Source: Eledone cirrhosa
Lineage: Eukaryota
Length of the DNA stretch: 64,000 nt
Direction of reading: 5' to 3'
Assembly (NCBI GenBank): GCA_964016885.1
Contig: OZ024741.1
Span: 396,056,001-396,120,000, forward strand
Part shown: piece by piece, positions 1 to 14,655 of the stretch
Position numbering within the stretch: position 1 is the stretch's first letter
Layout: each line of letters starts with the position of its first letter
Notes under the pieces: generated by a model
What the model saw: only the letters and a program-made list of their open reading frames with translations
Database searches by the model: none
Told to the model about the DNA's origin: nothing
Program-made: the position numbers and the translations under genes

Positions 1-3000
1 GCATCAATCAGTCACACCACAAGGGTCAAAGTGCATCAATCAGTCACACCACAAGAGTCAAAGTGCATCAATCAGCCGCACCACAAGGGTCAAAGTGCAT
101 CAATCAGTCACACCACAAGAGTCAAAGTGCATCAATCAGTCACACCACAAGGGTCAAAGTGCATCAATCAGTCACACCACAAGGGTCAAAGTGCATCAAT
201 CAGTCACACCACAAGGGTCAAAGTGCATCAATCAGTCACACCACAAGGGTCAAAGTGCATCAATCAGTCACACCACAAGGGTCAAAGTGCATCAATCAGT
301 CACACCACAAGAGTCAAAGTGCATCAATCAGTCACACCACAAGGGTCAAATTGCTTCAATCAGTCACACCACAAGGGTCAAAGTGCATCAATCAGTCACA
401 CCACAAGAGTCAAAGTGCATCAATCAGCCACACCACAAGGGTCAAAGTGCATCAATCAGTCACACCACAAGGGTCAAAGTGCATCAATCAGTCAGACCAC
501 AAGGGTCAAAGTGGATCAATCAGTCACACCACAAGGGTCAAAGTGCATCAGTCAGTCACACCACAAGGGTCAAAGTGCATCAATCAGTCACACCACAAGA
601 GTCAAAGTGCATCAATCAGTCACACCACAAGAGTCAAAGTGCATCAATCAGTCACACCACAAGGGTCAAATTCCTTCAATCAGTCACACCACAAGGGTCA
701 AAGTGCATCAATCAGTCACACCACAAGAGTCAAAGTGCATCAATCAGTCACACCACAAGGGTCAAAGTGCATCAATCAGTCACACCACAAGGGTCAAAGT
801 GCATCAATCAGTCACACCACAAGGGTCAAAGTGCATCAATCAGTCACACCACAAGGGTCAAAGTGCATCAATCAGTCACACCACAAGAGTCAAAGTGCAT
901 CAATCAGCCACATCACAAGGGTCAAAGTGCATCAATCAGTCACACCACAAGAGTCAAAGTGCATCAATCAGTCACACCACAAGGGTCAAAGTGCATCAAT
1001 CAGTCACACCACAAGAGTCAAAGTGCATCAATCAGTCACACCACAAGGGTCAAATTCCGTCAATCAGTCACACCACAAGGGTCAAAGTGCATCAATCAGT
1101 CACACCACAAGGGTCAAAGTGCATCAATCAGTTACACCACAAGGGTCAAAGTGCATCAATCAGTCACACCACAAGGGTCAAATTCCTTCAATCAGTCACA
1201 CCACAAGGGTCAAAGTGCATCAATCAGTCACACCACAAGAGTCAAAGTGCATCAATCAGTCACACCACAAGAGTCAAAGTGCATCAATCAGCCACACCAC
1301 AAGGGTCAAAGTGCATCAATCAGTCACACCACAAGGGTCAAAGTGCATCAATCAGTCAGACCACAAGCGTCAAAGTGGATCAATCAGTCACACCACAAGT
1401 GTCAAAGTGCATCAATCAGTCACACCACAAGGGTCAAAGTGCATCAATCAGTCACACCACAAGAGTCAAAGTGCATCAATCAGTCACACCACAAGAGTCA
1501 AAGTGCATCAATCAGTCACACCACAAGGGTCAAATTCCTTCAATCAGTCACACCACCAGGGTCAAAGTGCATCAATCAGTCACACCACAAGAGTCAAAGT
1601 GCATCAATCAGTCACACCACAAGGGTCAAAGTGCATCAATCAGTCACACCACGAGGGTCAAAGTGCATCAATTAGTCACACCACAAGGGTCAAAGTGCAT
1701 CAATCAGTCACACCAGAAGGGTCAAAGTGCATCAATCAGTCACACCACAAGAGTCAAAGTGCATCAATCAGCCACACCACAAGGGTCAAAGTGCATCAAT
1801 CAGTCACACCACAAGAGTCAAAGTGCATCAATCAGTCACACCACAAGGGTCAAAGTGCATCAATCAGTCACACCACAAGGGTCAAAGTGCATCATTCAGT
1901 CACACCACAAGGGTCAAAGTGCATCAATCAGTCACACCACAAGGGTCAAAGTGCATCAATCAGTCACACCACAAGGGTCAAGGTGCATCAATCAGTCACA
2001 CCACAACAAGAGTCAAATTCCTTCAATCAGTCACACCACAAGGGTCAAAGTGCATCAATCAGTCACACCACAAGAGTCAAAGTGCATCAATCAGCCACAC
2101 CACAAGGGTCAAAGTGCATCAATCAGTCACACCACAAGGGTCAAAGTGCATCAATCAGTCAGACCACAAGGGCCAAAGTGGATCAATCAGTCACACCACA
2201 AGGGTCAAAGTGCATCAATCAGTCACACCACAAGGGTCAAAGTGCATCAATCAGTCACACCACAAGAGTCAAAGTGCATCAATCAGCCACACCACAAGGG
2301 TCAAAGTGCATCAATCAGTCACACCACAAGGGTCAAATTCCTTCAATCAGTCACACCACAAGGGTCAAAGTGCATCAATCAGTCACACCACAAGAGTCAA
2401 AGTGCATCAATCAGTCACACCACAAGGGTCAAATTCCTTCAATCAGTCACACCACAAGGGTCAAAGTGCATCAATCAGTCACACCACAAGTGTCAAAGTG
2501 CATCAATCAGTTACACCACAAGGGTCAAAGTGCATCAATCAGTCACACCACAAGGGTCAAATTCCTTCAATCAGTCACACCACAAGGGTCAAAGTGCATC
2601 AATCAGTTACACCACAAGAGTCAAAGTGCATCAATCAGTCACACCACAAGGGTCAAAGTGCATCAATCAGCCACACCACAAGGGTCAAAGTGCATCAATC
2701 AGTCACACCACAAGGGTCAAAGTGCATCAATCAGTCACACCACAAGAGTCAAAGTGCATCAATCAGTCACACCACAAGGGTCAAAGTGCATAAATCAGTC
2801 ACACCACAAGGGTCAAAGTGCATCAATCAGTCACACCACAAGGGTCAAAGTGCATCACTCAGTCACACCACAAGGGTCAAAGTGGATCAATCAGTCACAC
2901 CACAAGGGTCAAAGTGCATCAATCAGTCACACCACAAGAGTCAAAGTGCATCAATCAGTCACACCACAAGGGTCAAATTCCTTCAATCAGTCACACCACA

Positions 3001-3225
3001 ATGGTCAAAGTGCATCAATCAGTCACACCACAAGAGTAAAAGTGCATCAATCAGTCACACCACAAGGGTCAAAGTGCATCAATCAGTCACACCACAAGGG
3101 TCAAAGTGCATCACAGTCACACCACAAGGGTCAAAGTGTATCAATCAGTCACACCACAAGGGTCAAAGTGCATCAATCAGTCACACCACAAGGGTCAAAG
3201 TGCATCAATCAGTCACACCACAAGA

Positions 3226-6200
3226 GTCAAAGTGCATCAATCAGCCGCATCACAAGGGTCAAAGTGCATCAATCAGTCACACCACAAGAGTCAAAGTGCA
3301 TCAATCAGTCACACCACAAGGGTCAAATTCCTTCAATCAGTCACACCACAATGGTCAAAGTGCATCAATCAGTCACACCACAAGAGTCAAAGTGCATCAA
3401 TCAGTCACACCACAAGGGTCAAAGTGCATCAATCAGTCACACCACAAGGGTCAAAGTGCATCACAGTCACACCACAAGGGTCAAAGTGCATCAATCTGTC
3501 ACACCACAAGGGTCAAAGTGCATCAATCAGTCACACCACAAGAGTCAAAGTGCATCAATCAGCCACACCACAAGGGTCAAAGTGCATCAATCAGTCACAC
3601 CACAAGGGTCAAAGTGCATCAATCAGTCAGACCACAAGGGTCAAAGTGCATCAATCAGTCACACCACAAGAGTCAAAGTGCATCAATCAGTCACACCACA
3701 AGAGTCAAAGTGCATCAATCAGTCACACCACAAGGGTCAAAGTGCATCAATCAGTCACACCACGAGGGTCAAAGTGCATCAATCAGTAACACCACAAGGG
3801 TCAAAGTGCATCAATCAGTCACACCACAAGGGTCAAAGTGCATCAATCAGTCACACCACAAGGGTCAAAGTGCATCAATCAGTCACACCACAAGGGTCAA
3901 AGTGCATCGATCAGTCACACCACAAGAGTCAAAGTGCATCAATCAGTCACACCACAAGGGTCAAATTGCTTCAATCAGTCACACCACAAGGGTCAAAGTG
4001 CATCAATCAGTCACACCACAAGAGTCAAAGTGCATCAATCAGCCACACCACAAGGGTCAAAGTGCATCAATCAGTCACACCACAAGGGTCAAAGTGCATC
4101 AATCAGTCAGACCACAATGGTCAAAGTGGATCAATCAGTCACACCACAAGGGTCAAAGTGCATCAGTCAGTCACACCACAAGGGTCAAAGTGCATCAATC
4201 AGTCACACCACAAGAGTCAAAGTGCATCAATCAGTCACACCACAAGAGTCAAAGTGCATCAATCAGTCACACCACAAGGGTCAAATTCCTTCAATCAGTC
4301 ACACCACAAGGGTCAAAGTGCATCAATCAGTCACACCACAAGAGTCAAAGTGCATCAATCAGTCACACCACAAGGGTCAAAGTGCATCAATCAGTCACAC
4401 CACGAGGGTCAAAGTGCATCAATCAGTCACACCACAAGGGTCAAAGTGCATCAATCAGTCACACCACAAGGGTCAAAGTGCATCAATCAGTCACACCACA
4501 AGAGTCAAAGTGCATCAATCAGCCACACCATAAGGGTCAAAGTGCATCAATCAGTCACACCACAAGAGTCAAAGTGCATCAATCAGTCACACCACAAGGG
4601 TCAAAGTGCATCAATCAGTCACACCACAAGGGTCAAAGTGCATCAATCAGTCACACCACAAGGGTCAAAGTGCATCAATCAGTCACACCACAAGGGTCAA
4701 AGTGCATCAATCAGTCAGACCACAATGGTCAAAGTGGATCAATCAGTCACACCACAAGGGTCAAAGTGCATCAATCAGTCACACCACAAGAGTCAAAGTG
4801 CATCAATCAGCCACACCACAAGGGTCAAAGTGCATCAATCAGTCAGACCACAATGGTCAAAGTGGATCAATCAGTCACACCACAAGGGTCAAAGTGCATC
4901 AATCAGTCACACCACAAGAGTCAAAGTGCATCAATCAGCCACACCACAAGGGTCAAAGTGCATCAATCAGTCACACCACAAGGGTCAAAGTGCATCAATC
5001 AGCCGCATCACAAGGGTCAAAGTGCATCAATCAGTCACACCACAAGAGTCAAAGTGCATCAATCAGTCACACCACAAGGGTCAAATTCCTTCAATCAGTC
5101 ACACCACAATGGTCAAAGTGCATCAATCAGTCACACCACAAGAGTCAAAGTGCATCAATCAGTCACACCACAAGGGTCAAAGTGCATCAATCAGTCACAC
5201 CACAAGGGTCAAAGTGCATCACAGTCACACCACAAGGGTCAAAGTGCATCAATCTGTCACACCACAAGGGTCAAAGTGCATCAATCAGTCACACCACAAG
5301 AGTCAAAGTGCATCAATCAGCCACACCACAAGGGTCAAAGTGCATCAATCAGTCACACCACAAGGGTCAAAGTGCATCAATCAGTCAGACCACAAGGGTC
5401 AAAGTGCATCAATCAGTCACACCACAAAAGTCAAAGTGCATCAATCAGTCACACCACAAGAGTCAAAGTGCATCAATCAGTCACACCACAAGGGTCAAAG
5501 TGCATCAATCAGTCACACCACGAGGGTCAAAGTGCATCAATCAGTAACACCACAAGGGTCAAAGTGCATCAATCAGTCACACCACAAGGGTCAAAGTGCA
5601 TCAATCAGTCACACCACAAGGGTCAAAGTGCATCAATCAGTCACACCACAAGGGTCAAAGTGCATCGATCAGTCACACCACAAGAGTCAAAGTGCATCAA
5701 TCAGTCACACCACAAGGGTCAAATTGCTTCAATCAGTCACACCACAAGGGTCAAAGTGCATCAATCAGTCACACCACAAGAGTCAAAGTGCATCAATCAG
5801 CCACACCACAAGGGTCAAAGTGCATCAATCAGTCACACCACAAGGGTCAAAGTGCATCAATCAGTCAGACCACAATGGTCAAAGTGGATCAATCAGTCAC
5901 ACCACAAGGGTCAAAGTGCATCAGTCAGTCACACCACAAGGGTCAAAGTGCATCAATCAGTCACACCACAAGAGTCAAAGTGCATCAATCAGTCACACCA
6001 CAAGAGTCAAAGTGCATCAATCAGTCACACCACAAGGGTCAAATTCCTTCAATCAGTCACACCACAAGGGTCAAAGTGCATCAATCAGTCACACCACAAG
6101 AGTCAAAGTGCATCAATCAGTCACACCACAAGGGTCAAAGTGCATCAATCAGTCACACCACGAGGGTCAAAGTGCATCAATCAGTCACACCACAAGGGTC

Positions 6201-6560
6201 AAAGTGCATCAATCAGTCACACCACAAGGGTCAAAGTGCATCAATCAGTCACACCACAAGAGTCAAAGTGCATCAATCAGCCACACCATAAGGGTCAAAG
6301 TGCATCAATCAGTCACACCACAAGGGTCAAAGTGCATCAATCAGTCACACCACAAGGGTCAAAGTGCATCAATCAGTCACACCACAAGGGTCAAAGTGCA
6401 TCAATCAGTCACACCACAAGGGTCAAAGTGCATCAATCAGTCAGACCACAATGGTCAAAGTGGATCAATCAGTCACACCACAAGGGTCAAAGTGCATCAA
6501 TCAGTCACACCACAAGAGTCAAAGTGCATCAATCAGCCACACCACAAGGGTCAAAGTGCA
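3226..6560 (+). repeat. Tandem block duplication, offset 1758 bp (55 monomers including one 30-bp monomer)
   Basis: Shared rare markers: AGCCGCAT at 3243/5001, the 2-bp deletion at about 3462/5220, and CCATAAGG near 4530/6288. ORFs 3838..4533 and 5596..6291 translate identically. Confidence 0.9.
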
Positions 6561-9500
6561 TCAATCAGTCACACCACAAGGGTCAAAGTGCATCAATCAG
6601 TCAGACCACAAGGGTCAAAGTGGATCAATCAGTCACACCACAAGGGTCAAAGTGCATCAATCAGTCACACCACAAGGGTCAAAGTGCATCAATCAGTCAC
6701 ACCACAAGAGTCAAAGTGCATCAATCAGCCACACCACAAGGGTCAAAGTGCATCAATCAGTCACACCACAAGGGTCAAATTCCTTCAATCAGTCACACCA
6801 CAAGGGTCAAAGTGCATCAATCAGTCACACCACAAGAGTCAAAGTGCATCAATCAGTCACACCACAACGGTCAAAGTGCATCAATCAGTCACACCACGAG
6901 GGTCAAAGTGCATCAATCAGTCACACCACAAGGGTCAAAGTGCATCAATCAGTCACACCACAAGGGTCAAAGTGCATCAATCGGTCACACCACAAGAGTC
7001 AAAGTGCATCAATCAGCCACACCACAAGGGTCAAAGTGCATCAATCAGTCACACCACAAGGGTCAAAGTGCATCAATCAGCCACACCACAAGGGTCAAAG
7101 TGCATCAATCAGTCACACCACAAGGGTCAAAATGCATCAATCAGCCACACCACAAGGGTCAAAGTACATCAATCAGTCACACCACAAGTGTCAAAGTGCA
7201 TCAATCAGTTACACCACAAGGGTCATAGTGCAACAATCAGTCACACCACAAGGGTCAAATTCCTTCAATCAGTCACACCACAAGGGTCAAAGTGCATCAA
7301 TCAGTCACACCACAAGAGTCAAAGTGCATCAATCAGTCACACCACAGGGGTCAAAGTGCATCAATCAGCCACACCACAAGGGTCAAAGTGCATCAATCAG
7401 TCACACCACAAGAGTCAAAGTGCATCAATCAGTCACACCACAAGGGTCAAAGTGCATCAATCAGTCACACCACAAGGGTCAAATTCCTTCAATCAGTCAC
7501 ACCACAAGGGTCAAAGTGCATCAATCAGTCACACCACAAGGGTCAAATTCCTTCAATCAGTCACACCACAAGATTCAAAGTGCATCAATCAGTCACACCA
7601 CAAGGGTCAAAGTGCATCAATCAGTCACACCACAAGAGTCAAAGTGCATCAATCAGTCACACCACAAGGGTCAAATTCCTTCAATCAGTCACACCACAAG
7701 AGTCAAAGTGCATCAATCAGTCACACCACAAGGGTCGAAGTGCATCAATCAGTCACACCACAAGGGTCAAAGTGTTTCAATCAGTCACACCACAAGGGTC
7801 AAAGTGCATCAATCAGTCACACCACAAGGGTCAAAGTCTTTCAATCAGTCACACCACAAGGGTCAAAGTGCATCAATCAGTCACACCACAAGAGTCAAAG
7901 TGCATCAATCAGTCACACCACAAGGGTCAAAGTGCATCAATCAGTCACACCACAAGGGTCAAAGTGTTTCAATCAGTCACACCACAAGGGTCAAAGTGCA
8001 TCAATCAGTCACACCACAAGGGTCAAAGTGCATCAATCAGTCACACCACAAGGGTCAAAGTGCATCAATCAGTCACACCACAAGGGTCAAATTCCTTCAA
8101 TCAGTCACACCACAAGGGTCAAAGTGTTTCAATCAGTCACACCACAAGGGTCAAAGTGCATCAATCAGTCACACCACAAGAGTCAAAGTGCTTCAATCAG
8201 TCACACCACAAGGGTCAAATTCCTTCAACCAGTCACACCACAAGGGTCAAAGTGCATCAATCAGTCACACCACAAGGGTCAAAGTGCATCAATCAGTCAC
8301 ACCACAAGGGTCAAATTCCTTCAATCAGTCACACCACAAGGGTCAAAGTGCATCAATCAGTCACACCACAAGGGTCAAATTCCTTCAATCAGTCACACCA
8401 CAAGGGTCAAAGTGCATCAATCAGTCACATCACAAGGGTCAAAGTGCATCAATCAGTCACACCAGAAGGGTCAAAGTGCATCAATCAGTCACACCACAAG
8501 GGTCAAAGTGCATCAATCAGTCACACCACAAGGGTCAAAGTACATGAATCAGTCACACCACAAGGGTCAAATTCCTTCAATCAGTCACACCACAAGAGTC
8601 AAAGTGCATCAATCAGTCACACCACAAGGGTCAAAGTGTTTCAATAAGTCACACCACAAGGGTCAAAGTGCATCAATCAGTCACACCACAAGGGTCAAAG
8701 TGCATCAATCAGTCACACCACAAGGGTCAAAGTGCATCAATCAGTCACACCACAAGGGTCAAAGTGCATCAATCAGTCACACCACAAGGGTCAAAGTGCT
8801 TCAATCAGTCACACCACAAGGGTGAAAGGACAGCAATTGGTCACACCACAAGAGTCAAAGTGCATCAATCAGTCACACCACAAGGGTCAAAGTGCATCAA
8901 TCAGTCACACCACAAGGGTCAAAATGCTTCAATCAGTCACACCACAAGGGTCAAAGTGCATCAATCAGTAACACCACAAGAGTCAAAGAGCATCAATCAG
9001 TCACACCACAAGGGTCAACGTGCATCAATCAGTCACACCACAAGGGTCAAAGTGCATCAATCAGTCACACCACAAGGGTCAAAGTGCATCAATCAGTCAC
9101 ACCACAAGGGTCAAAGTGCATCAATCAGTTACAACACAAGAGTCAATGTGCATCAATCAGTTACACCACAAGAGTCAAAGTGCATCAATCAGACACACCA
9201 CAAGGGTCAAAGTGCATCAATCAGTTACACCACAAGAGTCAAAGTGCATCAATCAGTTACACCACAAGAGTCAAAGTGCATCAATCAGTGACACCACAAG
9301 AGTCAAAGTGCATCAATCAGTCACACCGCAAGGGTCAAAGTGCATCAATCAGTCACACCACAAGGGTCAAAGTGCATCAATCAGTCACACCACAAGAGTC
9401 AAAGTGCATCAATCAGTCACACCACAAGGGTCAAAGTGCATCAATCAGTCACACCACAAGGGTCAAAGTGCATCAATCAGTCACACCACAAGGGTCAAAG

Positions 9501-12500
9501 TGCATCAATCAGTCACACCACAAGGGTCAAAGTGCATCAATCAGTCACACCACAAGAGTCAAAGTGCATCAATCAGTCACACCACAAGGGTCAAATTCCT
9601 TCAATCAGTCACACCACAAGAGTCAAAGTGCATCAATCAGTCACACCACAAGGGTCAAATTCCTTCAATCAGTCACGCCACAAGAGTCAAAGTGCATCAA
9701 TCAGTCACACCACAAGGGTCAAATTCCTTCAATCAGTCACACCACAAGGGTCAAAGTGCATCAATCAGTCACACCACAAGAGTCAAAGTGCATCAATCAG
9801 TCACACCACATGAGTCAAAGTGCATCAATCAGTCACACCACAAGGGTCAAAGTGCTTCAATCAGTCACACCACAAGGGTGAAAGGACATCAATTGGTCAC
9901 ACCACAAGAGTCAAAGTGCATCAATCAGTCACACCACAAGGGTCAAAGTGCATCAATCAGTCACACCACAAGGGTCAAAGTGCTTCAATCAGTCACACCA
10001 CAAGGGTCAAAGTGCATCAATCAGTAACACCACAAGAGTCAAAGACCATCAATCAGTCACACCACAAGGGTCATCGTGCATCAATCAGTCACACCACAAG
10101 GGTCAAAGTGCATCAATCAGTCACACCACAAGGGTCAAAGTGCATCAATCAGTCACACCACAAGGGTCAAAGTGCATCAATCAGTTACAACACAAGAGTC
10201 AATGTGCATCAATCAGTTACACCACAAGAGTCAAAGTGCATCAATCAGACACACCACAAGGGTCAAAGTGCATCAATCAGTTACACCACAAGAGTCAAAA
10301 TGCATCAATCAGTTACACCACAAGAGTCAAAGTGCATCAATCAGTGACACCACAAGAGTCAAAGTGCATCAATCAGTCACACCACAAGGGTCAAAGTGCA
10401 TCAATCAGTCACACCACAAGGGTCAAAGTGCATCAATCAGTCACACCACAAGAGTCAAAGTGCATCAATCAGTCACACCACAAGGGTCAAAGTGCATCAA
10501 TCAGTCACACCACAAGGGTCAAAGTGCATCAATCAGTCACACCACAAGGGTCAAAGTGCATCAATCAGTCACACCACAAGAGTCAAAGTGCATCAATCAG
10601 CCACACCACAAGGGTCAAAGTGCATCAATCAGTCACACCACAAGGGTCAAAGTGCATCAATCAGTCAGACCACAAGGGTCAAAGTGGATCAATCAGTCAC
10701 ACCACAAGGGTCAAAGTGCATCAATCAGTCACACCACAAGGGTCAAAGTGCATCAATCAGTCACACCACAAGAGTCAAAGTGCATCAATCAGCCACACCA
10801 CAAGGGTCAAAGTGCATCAATCAGTCACACCACAAGGGTCAAATTCCTTCAATCAGTCACACCACAAGGGTCAAAGTGCATCAATCAGTCACACCACAAG
10901 AGTCAAAGTGCATCAATCAGTCACACCACAACGGTCAAAGTGCATCAATCAGTCACACCACGAGGGTCAAAGTGCATCAATCAGTCACACCACAAGGGTC
11001 AAAGTGCATCAATCAGTCACACCACAAGGGTCAAAGTGCATCAATCGGTCACACCACAAGAGTCAAAGTGCATCAATCAGCCACACCACAAGGGTCAAAG
11101 TGCATCAATCAGTCACACCACAAGGGTCAAAGTGCATCAATCAGCCACACCACAAGGGTCAAAGTGCATCAATCAGTCACACCACAAGGGTCAAAATGCA
11201 TCAATCAGCCACACCACAAGGGTCAAAGTACATCAATCAGTCACACCACAAGTGTCAAAGTGCATCAATCAGTTACACCACAAGGGTCATAGTGCAACAA
11301 TCAGTCACACCACAAGGGTCAAATTCCTTCAATCAGTCACACCACAAGGGTCAAAGTGCATCAATCAGTCACACCACAAGAGTCAAAGTGCATCAATCAG
11401 TCACACCACAGGGGTCAAAGTGCATCAATCAGCCACACCACAAGGGTCAAAGTGCATCAATCAGTCACACCACAAGAGTCAAAGTGCATCAATCAGTCAC
11501 ACCACAAGGGTCAAAGTGCATCAATCAGTCACACCACAAGGGTCAAATTCCTTCAATCAGTCACACCACAAGGGTCAAAGTGCATCAATCAGTCACACCA
11601 CAAGGGTCAAATTCCTTCAATCAGTCACACCACAAGATTCAAAGTGCATCAATCAGTCACACCACAAGGGTCAAAGTGCATCAATCAGTCACACCACAAG
11701 AGTCAAAGTGCATCAATCAGTCACACCACAAGGGTCAAATTCCTTCAATCAGTCACACCACAAGAGTCAAAGTGCATCAATCAGTCACACCACAAGGGTC
11801 GAAGTGCATCAATCAGTCACACCACAAGGGTCAAAGTGTTTCAATCAGTCACACCACAAGGGTCAAAGTGCATCAATCAGTCACACCACAAGGGTCAAAG
11901 TCTTTCAATCAGTCACACCACAAGGGTCAAAGTGCATCAATCAGTCACACCACAAGAGTCAAAGTGCATCAATCAGTCACACCACAAGGGTCAAAGTGCA
12001 TCAATCAGTCACACCACAAGGGTCAAAGTGTTTCAATCAGTCACACCACAAGGGTCAAAGTGCATCAATCAGTCACACCACAAGGGTCAAAGTGCATCAA
12101 TCAGTCACACCACAAGGGTCAAAGTGCATCAATCAGTCACACCACAAGGGTCAAATTCCTTCAATCAGTCACACCACAAGGGTCAAAGTGTTTCAATCAG
12201 TCACACCACAAGGGTCAAAGTGCATCAATCAGTCACACCACAAGAGTCAAAGTGCTTCAATCAGTCACACCACAAGGGTCAAATTCCTTCAACCAGTCAC
12301 ACCACAAGGGTCAAAGTGCATCAATCAGTCACACCACAAGGGTCAAAGTGCATCAATCAGTCACACCACAAGGGTCAAATTCCTTCAATCAGTCACACCA
12401 CAAGGGTCAAAGTGCATCAATCAGTCACACCACAAGGGTCAAATTCCTTCAATCAGTCACACCACAAGGGTCAAAGTGCATCAATCAGTCACATCACAAG

Positions 12501-14655
12501 GGTCAAAGTGCATCAATCAGTCACACCAGAAGGGTCAAAGTGCATCAATCAGTCACACCACAAGGGTCAAAGTGCATCAATCAGTCACACCACAAGGGTC
12601 AAAGTACATGAATCAGTCACACCACAAGGGTCAAATTCCTTCAATCAGTCACACCACAAGAGTCAAAGTGCATCAATCAGTCACACCACAAGGGTCAAAG
12701 TGTTTCAATAAGTCACACCACAAGGGTCAAAGTGCATCAATCAGTCACACCACAAGGGTCAAAGTGCATCAATCAGTCACACCACAAGGGTCAAAGTGCA
12801 TCAATCAGTCACACCACAAGGGTCAAAGTGCATCAATCAGTCACACCACAAGGGTCAAAGTGCTTCAATCAGTCACACCACAAGGGTGAAAGGACAGCAA
12901 TTGGTCACACCACAAGAGTCAAAGTGCATCAATCAGTCACACCACAAGGGTCAAAGTGCATCAATCAGTCACACCACAAGGGTCAAAATGCTTCAATCAG
13001 TCACACCACAAGGGTCAAAGTGCATCAATCAGTAACACCACAAGAGTCAAAGAGCATCAATCAGTCACACCACAAGGGTCAACGTGCATCAATCAGTCAC
13101 ACCACAAGGGTCAAAGTGCATCAATCAGTCACACCACAAGGGTCAAAGTGCATCAATCAGTCACACCACAAGGGTCAAAGTGCATCAATCAGTTACAACA
13201 CAAGAGTCAATGTGCATCAATCAGTTACACCACAAGAGTCAAAGTGCATCAATCAGACACACCACAAGGGTCAAAGTGCATCAATCAGTTACACCACAAG
13301 AGTCAAAGTGCATCAATCAGTTACACCACAAGAGTCAAAGTGCATCAATCAGTGACACCACAAGAGTCAAAGTGCATCAATCAGTCACACCGCAAGGGTC
13401 AAAGTGCATCAATCAGTCACACCACAAGGGTCAAAGTGCATCAATCAGTCACACCACAAGAGTCAAAGTGCATCAATCAGTCACACCACAAGGGTCAAAG
13501 TGCATCAATCAGTCACACCACAAGGGTCAAAGTGCATCAATCAGTCACACCACAAGGGTCAAAGTGCATCAATCAGTCACACCACAAGGGTCAAAGTGCA
13601 TCAATCAGTCACACCACAAGAGTCAAAGTGCATCAATCAGTCACACCACAAGGGTCAAATTCCTTCAATCAGTCACACCACAAGAGTCAAAGTGCATCAA
13701 TCAGTCACACCACAAGGGTCAAATTCCTTCAATCAGTCACGCCACAAGAGTCAAAGTGCATCAATCAGTCACACCACAAGGGTCAAATTCCTTCAATCAG
13801 TCACACCACAAGGGTCAAAGTGCATCAATCAGTCACACCACAAGAGTCAAAGTGCATCAATCAGTCACACCACATGAGTCAAAGTGCATCAATCAGTCAC
13901 ACCACAAGGGTCAAAGTGCTTCAATCAGTCACACCACAAGGGTGAAAGGACATCAATTGGTCACACCACAAGAGTCAAAGTGCATCAATCAGTCACACCA
14001 CAAGGGTCAAAGTGCATCAATCAGTCACACCACAAGGGTCAAAGTGCTTCAATCAGTCACACCACAAGGGTCAAAGTGCATCAATCAGTAACACCACAAG
14101 AGTCAAAGACCATCAATCAGTCACACCACAAGGGTCATCGTGCATCAATCAGTCACACCACAAGGGTCAAAGTGCATCAATCAGTCACACCACAAGGGTC
14201 AAAGTGCATCAATCAGTCACACCACAAGGGTCAAAGTGCATCAATCAGTTACAACACAAGAGTCAATGTGCATCAATCAGTTACACCACAAGAGTCAAAG
14301 TGCATCAATCAGACACACCACAAGGGTCAAAGTGCATCAATCAGTTACACCACAAGAGTCAAAATGCATCAATCAGTTACACCACAAGAGTCAAAGTGCA
14401 TCAATCAGTGACACCACAAGAGTCAAAGTGCATCAATCAGTCACACCACAAGGGTCAAAGTGCATCAATCAGTCACACCACAAGGGTCAAAGTGCATCAA
14501 TCAGTCACACCACAAGAGTCAAAGTGCATCAATCAGTCACACCACAAGGGTCAAAGTGCATCAATCAGTCACACCACAAGGGTCAAAGTGCATCAATCAG
14601 TCACACCACAAGGGTCAAAGTGCATCAATCAGTCACACCACAAGAGTCAAAGTGC
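6475..14655 (+). repeat. Tandem block duplication, unit 4064 bp (127 monomers), two apparently identical copies
   Basis: ORF pairs are offset by exactly 4064: 7292/11356, 8668/12732, 9020/13084, 9820/13884. The marker GGTGAAAGGACAGCAATTGG lies at 8821 and 12885. Confidence 0.93.
8790..10560 (+). repeat. Older internal duplication, offset 1056 bp (33 monomers), nested in the 4064-bp unit
   Basis: GGTGAAAGGA at 8821/9877 and AGTTACAACAC near 9127/10183. The copies differ at several sites (GACAGC/GACATC, AAAGAGCA/AAAGACCA, TCAACGTG/TCATCGTG). Confidence 0.85.

Noticed and set aside
13-22. Telomeric repeat (CACACCACA resembles budding-yeast C1-3A)
   Set aside because: The resemblance is short. 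The array length and kilobase block duplications fit recombination-driven satellite evolution rather than telomerase synthesis. A subtelomeric location cannot be excluded.
63-8825. 2920-aa ORF, and all other long ORFs such as 41372..48664, as protein-coding genes
   Set aside because: The same peptide appears in all three overlapping frames, starts are mostly repeat-internal GTG, there is no unique domain or codon-position bias, and stops are scattered.
63-8825. Zinc-finger, TALE or ankyrin-like repeat protein (32-aa period with Cys and His)
   Set aside because: There is only one Cys per repeat and no C2H2 spacing or family consensus. The true DNA period is 32 bp, not 96 bp.
9811-9817. AP-1 site TGAGTCA created by the CACATGAGTC variant (also at about 13875, 17715, 19059, 23731)
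   Set aside because: It is a single substitution propagated by block duplication, with no evidence of function.
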